NCBI GenBank assembly: GCA_000165425.1 | Contig: CT868452.1 | Span: 124,001 to 188,000 of the forward strand | DNA length: 64,000 nucleotides | Origin: Paramecium tetraurelia | Lineage: Eukaryota | Direction: 5' to 3' | In this document: one piece after another, positions 26,643 to 38,941 of the stretch | Position numbering within the stretch: the stretch's first letter is position 1 | How the letters are laid out: every line of letters begins with the position of its first letter | The notes under the pieces: model-generated | Told to the model about the DNA's origin: nothing | The model's database searches: none | The model's input: only the letters and a program-made list of their open reading frames with translations | Program-made: the position numbers and the translations under genes

Positions 26643-27008
26643 TCAAGGTTTTCTGTAGGATCCTAGATACTCAGTGATTTTCAATAGTTTTTTCGTCATG
26701 TTTTTCCTCAGTTGCAATTTTTTGTTTTTTTCTTTTAATATTTTCTCTTGTTTTGGTATTTCAAGTTGTTCGTTGCATTATGTTTTGACTTGTTATCTGT
26801 TGGTATAAGAGGTGTTTTTAATTTATTTTAAATTAGATCCTTACTAGACTTATGTTACAATGATTGGTTTCACAACAGGGAAGTGCCTTTGCAAGAGAAT
26901 GATTCTGGGAGAACCCATAGGTAATTGAGAAGGACATCTAAAATGAAATTTAGAAGGATAATGAATAGAGTCAGTTTATTAAGATCCTTCTACAAGTGAA
27001 TAATGCAT
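26643..27008 (-). CDS. Hypothetical basic protein (121 aa)
   Basis: Intron-less ORF MHYSLVEGSQQTDSIHYP...EYLGSYRKP*. Confidence 0.5.
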
Positions 27009-27055
27009 GTAAATAATAAATAATGTTTTATTTTGTACTAAATTTGATTATTTTC

Positions 27056-27516
27056 TCAATACAGGACTGGTGAATTAAAATGATTTTTTTCTAATTCGGC
27101 TGAGACACCTTCTTGACTAGCATACCATGGATTGGCAGTATAAATATTTTGAACTGGTACGGCTAGGGAATATTGATAGCTAAAATATAATGAGATGAAG
27201 TTAATACGCTGCTTTAGCACAATTTAGATATTCCCTTTTTTCTTTGTAGCAGTCTCCACCCCTAAGATAGAAGTCAGGAAATACCAATGATCCAAGGTTT
27301 AGTCGATAGCTGCAAGAGCCGTTTTGAATAGATTGTCTGTTTTGATTTATTGGCACTTGAAGAATGGGACATAAAAATTGACGCATCTATCTCTAAAAGC
27401 CAATGGAATTCTATGAGCATCCAATTCCTCAGGTGAGTACACGTATCCATCTTAAAATATAGTAGGAGGACACACTTACCTGGTCTTTCATAATACTTTT
27501 GATGATGGTGAGACAT
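27056..27516 (-). CDS. NDUFB7: Complex I accessory subunit NDUFB7 (B18)-like; 3' end uncertain
   Basis: YSPEELDAHRIPLAFRDRCVNFYVPFFKC...GGDCYKEKREYLNC: twin CX9C with the IPL-x-x-RD-x-C signature. Confidence 0.7.
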
Positions 27517-27549
27517 TGTTTTATTACTTAATTTAATAATAATTTATAA

Positions 27550-30287
27550 TCATTTACTTATTTCCGCTATCCATTCTTTTGATTTAGCCAATTACTCTGC
27601 ATCCTGACTCAGAGGTATAGTATACTTAAGATGCTAATATAGATTTTTGTTCAGTTAAGTTTAATTGTAAATTCCAATCAACACAGTTTTTTTGAAACCA
27701 GAATCTTGAGGCCATTGATTCTCATTACTTTACAAAGCAATACTCAATTCCTCAATCTCCCCGATTTTGTGAATGTAAATCAGAATGAAGCAAAATTGTT
27801 TGCCTCCATTGAAATGTTATTTATAAATCCTAATCAATTCAGAGACTGAGTAGGTAATGATGGGTTCTCCAACCATTTAATCTCCATACATACTATTGCC
27901 AAACCTTTAGGCAACCTAAATGTATTGAGTGCTTGGAATTAAACAGAGAATTCTGGGCTATTACTTTGGTAGCTCATCCAATTTGATTTTGTTAGTCCAT
28001 TTTCTCTGTTACTTTTTCAATCTGTGATCTCTGATTCGAATATGGAATTTGTGTTCTAGACATTTAGATATAGAAATACCATTATTATCATCAATATTAG
28101 GCAAGGAGGTCTTGGATTATACAATGGAGACCAAGTTGTTTTTAAATTTGCTCATTACCCAAGGACTGAACAGAACACTTAATTATTTTTGGTCTTAATT
28201 TCTCTTCCCCTGTATAAACTTATTTGCTTCCTTGTTTTTATTGATGATATCATGTATAGGTTATGCTCTAAAATTATCCAATCTCTAAAATTGTCTAGGC
28301 TTTTATTATGGAGTAGTAAACTATTTAGGGAGAGCATCAAATCTTGTATCTTTGTCATTGTGCAATTGATCCCCGTAATCTTTAACAAAGGGAGTGTCAG
28401 ATTGAACACTAATTTGACTGTACTTCTCATAATGCATATGATGATATCCAATATCGAGTATAGTTTTATCATGATCCAAGATCCCTTCATTGTAGGCTAC
28501 CTTCAAGGTTTATTCAAGTAATTTAATAATATCATCTTGGATTTGTGGGTATTGGATGGTATATTTGATTGCAATTTCGACTTCCTTTATAATGTCTTAA
28601 TTTTGGACTTAAGTATTTTCAAGAGATTGGGCATTTGAATTGGCAGCAGAGGCGAAAGTTGATTAGGGGATTGATTTCAATTGGATAGTTGAGGCTAAGG
28701 AATCAGGATTATTAAATTTAGCAGTGTATTTTTGTAATGGCGATCTCAAAGATTTATCATAAGTCATAGCTGGAGAGGCAAATCGTTTAGCATTCCAGAA
28801 ATAATGATTCTAATCAACAACATTCTTGGTGAAAGTCAAGTCTACCATTTGAATGTTATCACAGGATTTATCACTCTTCTTACACAATTGAACATTGGTT
28901 ATCAAGAGAATGATTATGTTGTCTCCATCAGTTTTATAATCAATGGATAACAATTGCTTGCATTAATTGATCATTATCAATAACATTTTCTCATTTTCAT
29001 TTTCATATTCATCCTGACAATACAATTTCATTTATTTGGTAGAACATGGATAACTTATGGATATCTCCAGATCATATTCAGACTTGTCCAAATATACTTT
29101 TGCTATTCTAACATTTATAGTCAACAGTTCTGATTTCTATTCAACCAGTAAGGCACTCTTTAAGAATGCATATAGACTATAGAGAATGCCATGTTTGTTT
29201 CCTACAAGTTTTTCTGGAATGCCCTCTTCGAATTCGAGTTGAATAAGATTGAAATGCTCTTAGAGTCGATTAACCATAGATTCAATTACATTCACAACAT
29301 AGTTCTTCACTAAATCAAACAATTTACTTACAAAAAAATTCATCATTCTAAACTGACTGGTATTTAATTTGTTGAAAATCATGATTTAAAATGGTCATGG
29401 CATCTATTTACTGTTTTAATAGTCTACAATCCGTAGTGCATTATCCCAATATACTGAGATCACTCTCCTTCACCACTTTGAATGCTCTTAGGTTGTTCCA
29501 TTTCTGATAGTCCTGACATAATAGGTTATACAGTTAATCTATTTGTTGAGACAATTTTGTAAAGAGTTCAACATCACCACAACTAAACTAGGATTATGTC
29601 AATACGAAGTCAGAGTTATATTGTTCCAAGGTATAATATTTGCTATTGATAGTTATTTAATTCATTTTCTTCTTACGTATAGTATTTTCCAATTTCCTTT
29701 ATAATTCATTATCAAATTATTTTACATTATTATTACTATAGATAATGTTTGCTTCACTATTTATCATAAAGACATCTATAGGCAATTGCTCAAACACATT
29801 CTCCTTCTGATGCTAAAGATATTCCTAGAAATAAAATGATATAAAGAATCTTCGCTTTATAACTTCAAGATATCGAGACAACATAATCAATCCGAATCCC
29901 AAGTACAATCCATTCACTGACCTAACCATTATCATCAAAAAAGGTATTTGGTTTGGCCAATAAGGCACGAATATTTGGTTGATAAAAAATGAACTCAGCA
30001 AGGCATGATTCTAATTTTAAAGAAGCAGCTCGGGGAATACTAACAAAACCTATAATTAACTTTGATTGTAATACTCTTAAGAAATAAATTAATTTATTAT
30101 GATTTTTTAAAATAGCTTTTAAAATCAATGTCATTAGAATTGATCCAATATTTATTATGCTTCTATCAAATGCCATCAATAAGAGAATGGAAGGGTACAA
30201 ACACAACCCACTGAATTTTGATCGCTGATATGCTGTTTCAGTCTTTATTTGAACAAAGTTTGCCAACAATGAAATCTCGTCAATCAT
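27550..30287 (-). CDS. Multi-TM, PAS-like, degenerate hybrid histidine kinase/receiver-like protein
   Basis: N-terminal TM helices; VFEQLPIDVFMINSEANIIYSN (PAS-like start); EFFLKNYVVNVIESM...IPEKLVGNKHGILYSLYAFLKSA (HATPase N-box region); C-terminal PRILCLIP...KQFCFILIYI...TVLIGI (receiver-like). Confidence 0.6.
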
Positions 30288-30437
30288 AGTCCCAATTTAT
30301 TTTATTATTTATGTATATTAATATATATAATTATTCAATTTATTGATCATTCCTTTAATTCTTCCCATTCTCCCCTCACATCATAAGCAGACTCTGCCCC
30401 TAACAAATTTAGTATTTATAATTAAAATATTTATATC

Positions 30438-31463
30438 ATGACGTCTAAGTTGCCAGAATTAATAAATCTAAATGATTCAGTTGCTTCTTTAACGGATTTC
30501 CTTAAAAAAATACCTGAAGAAGTCAACACTTCATTTGATTACAAAATCCCTAATGGTATTATTCTGGATGAAATTATTACCTAACTTATCAAAAATCCTA
30601 AGAAATAAGAAGATCACAAAATTGTATTCAACGATTCTGGATATCAAAACATACAAACTATTTAATCGATCTTGGGCATCGAATTCTAAGTTACCAAAGA
30701 CATAGATGAATTGCTCAATGAATAAACTCAAGTCTATTTGGATTAATTTTTGACCACTCTGCCAAAAGAGAAAGAATCGCAAAGTAATAGCATTGCCACT
30801 GTGCAAATAAACGAATTGGAAAATGCAAAATTAGTCCACCAAAAGGATATCATCTAATTAACTGGATTGCAATCCAAGTTGCACAAACAAGATGTGAGAC
30901 AAGAATTGGTTGAATAACTATTAGAATCTAAGAAATTCAACATTAGAATCACACAATAATCCATCAATTTGTTCAATGATTAGTTGATGTTTAGAAATCT
31001 GTTTTAACAATTTAGACAACAATTTGAAGAATTGATTTATTGCATTCTAAAATTAGAAACCACTCTTACATTCAGAACTCAAAAGTTGAAATTAGAATTA
31101 CAAATGAGTTAAAATGAACGAGAAAAACTATAAATTAAAGAAATCGAAAAGTTAAAATCCATCATCAAAGAGAAGGATGAACAATTAATTGATATCACAA
31201 ACAAAATCTAATTTAATGTAACTCACTATCAAAAATTAGAAGAACAAATTCAAGTTGCAAAATAAAACATCTAAAAATAACTAGCATCTATTAAATAATA
31301 AAAATAATAAAAAGAAGATAAATAAAAAACTAGTTCTCCCTCTGCTTTGAGTGCTTCCAAATCTAATATATCAGATTTAGAAATTCTAAAATAATAAACT
31401 AGGAAAGTAAGTAACTCCTATGCACATAGGAATAGATTTAAAACTGTATTTTTTAAAAGATGA
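30438..31463 (+). CDS. Hypothetical coiled-coil protein
   Basis: Intron-less ORF MTSKLPELINLNDSV...RNRFKTVFFKR*. Confidence 0.75.
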
Positions 31464-31509
31464 TATATATATCTATAAGTTATAATCTAATTAAACCCCA
31501 CTTTCTTAT

Positions 31510-32810
31510 ATGTTACAAATTCTATCAGTTGAATATATGAGACTATTAAGAATTGGAATTGATAAGACCATCTCTCAAAACATAATTAATTATAAAAATA
31601 AAGGTTATTTGTTTGTATGTAACAACTTTACACAATATCAATGATGCTAATCTAACTAAATACATATTTTTACTTGTTAATTGATAAGAGCTAGGTTAAA
31701 GGACGATGATTCATTTATAATATAATTAATAAAACAATTGGATGGAACTTTATTTAAATAAATTTAAAAAGCGTTTAAATTGATGAAGATGTTTTACTAA
31801 AGCTGAGAGATTGAAAGTAGGAAAATCTAGAAAAAACATTTATAATGATTCTATCAATTACATCAAGGTATACTAATAGTATTTCATCCAATCATTATGT
31901 AAGGACGAAATAGATTAGAATGTATTGAGAAAACTTAAAAATTGTTAAGGAAATTGGGAGACTAGTTAGATATAACAAATTAAGAGTCAAATTCAAATAT
32001 TTGTGATGGTATCTTAAGTCTAAGATGAAATCTATGAAGTAGATATCCTTTTTGAGGGTTTATTGCAAACGCAAATTTCATAGGTTAGGATATAATAAAA
32101 AAAAGTCGATTTGCTTACAAATCCTCCTCCTTTTATTGAAAAGCATATCCTAACATACCTCATTACTGAAGAATAGAAATTCAAATTGTATAAACATGAA
32201 GTAACCAACTTTGCAATAAAATGTTTTATTAGATTATTGACATGAGCATATGTATTTGACATATTTTGATTAAAATGTTACACTTAAATACTAAAGTAGT
32301 AAGTCACATTTTAAGTAACTTGGTTTTTCATAGATATTAAAATTTATATATAATAAATATAAGGAAAGTGCGGAAAAATGGTTATTATAAAAAGATTAAG
32401 TGTTTTGTAAGAATAATAATTTATTATGTGTATTTGTAGATAATGATTGATTTCATGTCAATATAATCATGCTACTTGTAATGAAGCAAAATATTACAAC
32501 TACGTAAATAACGACTAGTACATATCCTATTTGACACTCTTCGAAATCGTGATATGTTAATGCCCAGACAGCAAACAATTGAACAACATAAAAGAGACCG
32601 ATCATAAATTAATCGATTCTTCTATTGCATTTATAGAGTATTCCATTCATCAAAAAAATTAACCCAATTGGAAATAAAATTTCAGCCATGCATTATTGAA
32701 AAAACAAAATACTAAATATGGACAATCCCACAATCAAATCAAATAGGCTAAAATATTACGATTTTTCTATTGCCTGCACACTTGATACAGGTTATTCTCC
32801 ATCTTCACTT
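31510..32810 (+). pseudogene. Possible decayed gene relic(s)
   Basis: Codon-like stretches (e.g. EVDILFEGLLQTQISQ...NPPPFIEKHILTYL) are interrupted by TGA and frame changes that tiny introns do not explain. Confidence 0.3.
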
Positions 32811-33125
32811 TGTGATTTTATCATTTATTATAATATTTATTCTAAAAATACAACATTATGGGGTAATTGTAAAGTTATTAAGTTCTATTTGTGAAAGATT
32901 CACGCATAATTAAATTATATAAATATTTAAGAGAGATTCATTTCAATTCATTCCAATAATTATGTAATTTAATTCTAATATGTGAATATCTGAATCGAAA
33001 TACCAAGAATTCTAAGTAATAAAGAGTAGTCAACAAACCATTGAACTGAACTGAAAAAATAATAAATTTAAGTTTAAAGTTTTAAACGATTTATATAATT
33101 CAATTCGTTATAATGAAATGACATA

Positions 33126-33658
33126 TCATATAAAAAATTTATTTTGCTTCGGAATTGCTTTGAAAACCTTAGGGAGTTTGAAAATTTACGAATTTTATTT
33201 TGGTTCTGGACTATAAAATGTGAAAAGTTGTTTTTCTTCTTTTTGTCGCAAATCTTAAAAATTTTGTGCTTTTTAGTTAAGGAAACAATGTTTCTTTTTG
33301 TCAATACTTTACATATTATTGAGAGTTTATACTCTTTAGGTCCTCAACACCACGTCTTTTTCTATTTTAGTATATAATCTGCCAATTTGCAAATCCTTCT
33401 CTGAACATTGCTCTAATAACTTTAAATTTTCTTCTAGCAATTATTTGATTCTTCTTTATTTTTCTTTATTGATGTTTGGAATCATGGCTATAAATAGAAT
33501 CATATTTTACTTTAAGATGATTCACTAGATTCAAAGAAAAGTTGAGAATGCTTTGGAGAAATTTATTTTTTGGGAGTAGGTTCTGTTGATTCTAGTGTCT
33601 AAATGCTCATTCCCTTCTTTTTGAAAATATTTAACTAAGCTTTTGGTGATACATCCAT
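33126..33658 (-). CDS. Hypothetical protein
   Basis: MDVSPKAQLNIFKKKG...IFKLPKVFKAIPKQNKFFI* with one 23-nt intron. Confidence 0.6.
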
Positions 33659-34268
33659 CTTTTATTTAGTCTGAAAATGAGGATTAGAGTTAAAATCTTG
33701 ATTTTATTATAACAAAACACAAATATTGCATAGAAATATCAATAATTATCAAGCTTGAAATATAAATCACAATTGAGCTTGTAATTAAATTCCCCTCTTC
33801 ATAACTGTTCCACTAGTCAAATAGCCTAAATCAGGGATTATACTGTCTTTAATTTTAATAACAATCTATGTTATGTTTAAAAACATTTTTAATTATTTTA
33901 TAAGTCCTATATGTCGTGAGCTTTGAAAATAAATATTGATTTATTGTTTTCAACACCGCTAATTCCTAATCAATTATAAGAAATCATATTATTACACACT
34001 TTGTATTAATTGAATTAAATTTAACAGTTTTTTGATGTTCTTAATGTAGAATGTTGCTATATAACATAATTAATGTTTTTGCTAAATAAAAAAAAATATT
34101 AACAATTTAATAATTTAATATCCTAGGGCAAATTTGGATTTAATCAGTTTATTACATCTAATCCTTATAAATAAGAAAATTGAAAGCAAATTACTTAAAC
34201 TTGTAACAAATAGAATTGAATATAGGAAAATTTTGAACTAATAATTTTATTTATACTTTATAATAATT

Positions 34269-36619
34269 TCAATAATCATGCTTGAACAATTCTATGCCTA
34301 CTAAAGTTATTAACATGGTGTAGATCATGTAATATGGGTTTTAGATGTTTTAACTTTCTTCAATGGTTTGTCCCTGAATGTCACCGTACAGATTGACACT
34401 CAAGACTTATGAAGTCTCTTATTGTTATTAGTCATCTAGGTTGATTAGTGAAATGATATACATGAGTTGTAGATGAAAGCATTTTTCAAAACTGTTCCAG
34501 TTAAGATGGATTGGAACATCATAATAGCATTTATGAATAAGTTAGAAATGGCCAATGAAATAGAGGCTCCATGACCAAAAATGATTCCAGTAAACAAAAC
34601 TGCAAGAGTACACTATTAATGTAGAGTTTAATAAATACTGATAATAGATTGACAAGCACATAGTAATTTCCTTGTCTGTTTTTTAATGGGAAATAAGTAT
34701 ATGAAAAGTTTTCAAGTGCTACTTCTTCGTCTGGTTTGTTTTTTCTCAATTGGAAGGATTTTTCATCATAGAGCTAAGATTAAATGATGTGGTCTTACTG
34801 CTTCTTCGCAAATGGTCTTGACTATAAAGATAGTAAGTCCTTTGTTGTAATAGGCTAATCCGAATCCAATCAAGAAACCAAAGAGATTGTACCCATTCAG
34901 TAACAAAATAAAGGTCTTACTAAAAAATATAGCAGTTCCAATGATTAGGATGGCTGCAATGATGAGAGCTCCAGCATTGGTAATTTTTAACCAAACAATG
35001 TAATTTTTAGCTGCCCAAGTAATGGAGTGTAATCGATCTTTGATGTTGTTAGCAAATTAGGCAAGAAATGATAGTTTGAGTCCATCACCTGATAGAACAC
35101 CCAACATAGCTATTCCCATCAGAATGTAGATGTTCAAAATGTATCCCAAAAACAATCCAAGAATTCCAACCAAGGATGCAAGTTTATAGGAAATGAATAG
35201 GGATAAAGCAATCAAAAGGGAAGGTACTATTTAACCAATGTGTCCTATGGAGTAAGCTTAGATGATGTTAAGAGTAGGAGCTTTGTATGAAACTAGTGCT
35301 ACCTTCTGGGCCACTGAATAGCCATGACTGGTTAAGTATTCATAATAGATGATCAGAATGGCTGAGACAACAATTCCAATAAATCCACATCCCATAAAAT
35401 CTCGACTGAGGACCTTTTCTCTGTAGATTTAAGCATGATCTTTGTCTCCAAATTCAAATTCCTTGGGCAGAGACAGTAAGGAAAAGACAACAAAACATAG
35501 ACTCAAAAATATTGACATCAAGATCTGGCATCTTACATTATTGGCAGTAAAGGCAACTGCATCGTCGTTTTTGAGGATATGACTTAAGAATGATATTAAT
35601 AATTGGCCAACCCAACTCAGAATGAATACTAATTAGATTCCAAAGATTTTGCCAATAAAATTATCGGAGTAATGATAATCCACTGAGTTTACTAATATGA
35701 TTGATGGCATTGAAACAAATAAGGATATTACCAACATGGAATCGAAGAAGTTGACTTCAGCTATTAAGGAAGACATGCCTGCTGCTATTTTGGTTGTGTA
35801 AGAGAGGTTGTTTCCAATATCGCCAAAATATTACTCTTTCTTAATCATCAAATCGCAAGCTGCTTGAATTCCTCTGCCTGTGACTGACATGCCTTCTCTG
35901 AAATATATGCCAGATATCAGCATCCCCAATGGAAATCCACTCACCATAATTGCATAATTCTCAGGTTTAGTTGAATGAACTGACATTGCCTTCATTATCA
36001 ATACTATGAATAAGGAATTCAAGGTTATGACTCCGCCTATAAATAATGCTGAAAAGAATCCGTTTCCGTATATCCATTTTAAGACGTCTTCCTAAATATA
36101 AAATTGATTCTCACCTTCCCAATGCTGGCCTTAATTGGAATTTTTAGTAATGTACCTATTTTAACTGCAATAATCAAATAGGCAATTATGCATGTTATTA
36201 TGGTGCCCCACAAAAAACTGATAAAGAAACCCCAAAATGTTCCCGAGGGTGTTAGCCAAGACTAAACTAGTTGTGCTATATATGTACAGCTATTATCAAC
36301 AAGAAGCCTGCAGATGTTATTATTGTTATGATTAGCTGGTTGAGGTACAACTCCTTATAACTGATCTCGATGGTTTATAAATATGTGGCAATATAAGCAG
36401 GCAGTTCTTATTTCCAATTCTATTCATCAATTTCCTATTCGTCATACAGATTCCCATAATCTAAAATCAAATTCTAGTAATCTTCCTCTTACTTTATTGA
36501 AAAGTTCTATATAACTATTCAATAATGTTTACTGTTCCTAGAAACCCTAATAGAAATAAAGCTATGGCTAGCACACAGAATATTGATACTACTAAGTATA
36601 CCGACAAATCTGTGAACAT
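34269..36619 (-). CDS. Membrane H+-translocating pyrophosphatase (mPPase) homologue with degenerate catalytic motifs
   Basis: Many TM helices collinear with V-PPases: GFPLG..IYFREG, EYLTSHGYSVAQKVA..PTLNIIQAYSIG..IVP, IKDRLHSI, LKNA and YGDIQG. The frame stays intact across several tiny introns. Confidence 0.78.
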
Positions 36620-36669
36620 ATAAATTATATTTATAATACAATAAAAACGTAAATTTTATTAATTAATTT

Positions 36670-37608
36670 TCAAATGCTTATTAGATAACCAAAATAGTTT
36701 TGCATGTTGAACTTGCTGATACTGTCGAACAACCACTTCTGATTGACTATCATGGGAATGCACTCGATGCGTGTGGAGTTAATTTGAGGATCTTAAACTA
36801 TTTTTATTATAATAGTATTTTAAGTCTTTTCCTTCAAACTAACTAAGTTGCCACCGCAGAGTTAGATTAGGGTTTCAACGTAATCCTGATTGATGATGGT
36901 TTTGTTGAGGTTTCCCACTTCGATGCTGAATTCGTAATTTCTTAGGAAATCATACATTCCACCACGAGTTCTCGATATTTTGGGGGTGAGTGTAGGGAAT
37001 TCGTCCCCTTTTATTTCGAAATCCTCCTCGTTCAGGATTGTGTCGCATTTCAGACTTTCGATTACCCAATCTATATTGACAATCCAAATTCCTCTGGCCA
37101 ATGCCTCTAGGTATTTTAAGGTTCTTCTGGCTATGAATGGTTTGTTTGGATTGTCGGGGCCTGAGATGAGATGTGTGATTTTGGAATTGATGTTTGAATT
37201 CGATTTTATTTTGAATTGTTTTTGAAATCTTTCAAGGCATTCCTTAATTTACTAATTTTGGTACCTTGTATTCATCAGATAAATTCGAAGTACATATAAA
37301 AAAATTAGTGGATTTAGATTTCTTTCGACTCTAATCTGCTTTTATTTTGGTATTGTCTTGATCCATGACATTCAAGACTGCCTGCAACGACACGTTAAGA
37401 TTTATTTTGTTCAGATTGAAAGGCTATTTACAAAGCGGGCATTTCGTAGACTTGGTTGCTTTGCCATAATTTTGAATGCAATCGCGGCAAAAACTATGTC
37501 CACAAGGAATTACAAATGGAATACTAAATAAACTTAAGCTAATATAATATTTATGAATGCTTACCAAATTGAGCATTGTAGTTCATTTGCTAAATTTTCA
37601 ACCAGCAT
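36670..37608 (-). CDS. Compact BRCA1-like RING-HC plus tandem BRCT protein
   Basis: ELQCSICLSLF..PFVIPCGHSFCRDCI..KCPLCK; BRCT1 THLI..RRTLKYLEALARGIWIVNIDWV..EEDFEIKGD; BRCT2 LIQLCGG..IVNQKWLFDSIS. Confidence 0.82.
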
Positions 37609-37817
37609 AAAATAATATAATTGTGAATGAAGTTTATTAAAATAATATTTCATTTCCCCAATTCAATCGTGAAATAAGTCTTCAACAAATTCCTACGAGA
37701 TTCTTATAATCAAAACACTATTTTTCAATACTTCTTGTGGCAGAATAAGGATGTCAAGACTTATAGGAACTTTGAGGAATCAAATTGATTAAAAATATAT
37801 TAAATAATAATAAATTC

Positions 37818-38889
37818 ATGTTCAATGGGTATCAATATGATAAGTAACTCACATTCACTAAAGAGATTGACAAAATAAAGAAAGAGTACATTACAGAACG
37901 ATAACGCAGAAAAGGTATGAGCAATAACATAACAGGCAAGATATGAATTAAAGAATGTCGAAGAATTATAAAAAGAGAGTTGAGAACTTCGTGATTAATA
38001 TGTTGGAGAACCCTGTGGTTTGCAACGAATATAAACCTCCTGAAAGCTATAAGTTTAGAGATGAGGATCCAACAAAGAATTTGGGAGATCCCTAGATTTA
38101 TGTTAAAGGTTTCAAACATGAGAAGGAGAGAATATTGGAAGCCTAAGAAAAAAACAAGGATTTGGATTTCCTACCAAATTTGAAGGTAGGAAAACACTCT
38201 TTTAGAGAAAGAGATCAATCAAAAGATATTAAAAGAGACATCTTCAGATATAGAGATAAAACAGCTCTTGCAAGAATCGAATAATATTTAAGAGATCATA
38301 CATAATCATAAGTGGAGAACATGAAAATCGATCACAAAAAAATAATCAGTTTAGAAAACTTCTCAGAAGGAATGTCAGCCTTAGAAAGAAGAGCTTATTT
38401 GTCTAGGTTGATTGCCAAGAATCTCTTGCCTTCTTTACACAATAAAACACATTTCTAAGCAGCTTAAACGATGTTTAATAATTTACCATGTATACTGCAT
38501 ATAAATTATCAAAGTAACATTGATGGAACATGCAAGATCTCAACCCCTATTGCATACCTAAGAGGAAAGCAGAAAGAAGCCATTGCCATCTTCTGAGAAG
38601 CAGAGATTGATGTCCTAAGAGGCACCCAACAAGAGTGGAAGATGTTGGAAGTGAAAAAGATAAAAAGCAAGGGAATGAGATGGAAACATTTAATCCTGTA
38701 GAGACATCTAAAATGATATTGAAAAAGTGCAATGTCGTTAAAGATAAGAATCCTAAAGTACTTTTCATTATGAATTTATAGGTTCCCATATTACATTAAG
38801 GATCTGGTCATCTGATATCGACCATGGATAAATCAATATAGGATGTTTATAGAGAGTTGTATCATGTAGATTTTAAGAGGTATGATTGA
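37818..38889 (+). CDS. Hypothetical protein (LHNKTHFQAA motif)
   Basis: MFNGYQYDKQLTF... open with tiny introns to TGA 38887-38889. Confidence 0.7.
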
Positions 38890-38941
38890 GACAATGGATT
38901 GGCAATTACTATGATTAATTTAAATATATTAAAATTTATTT

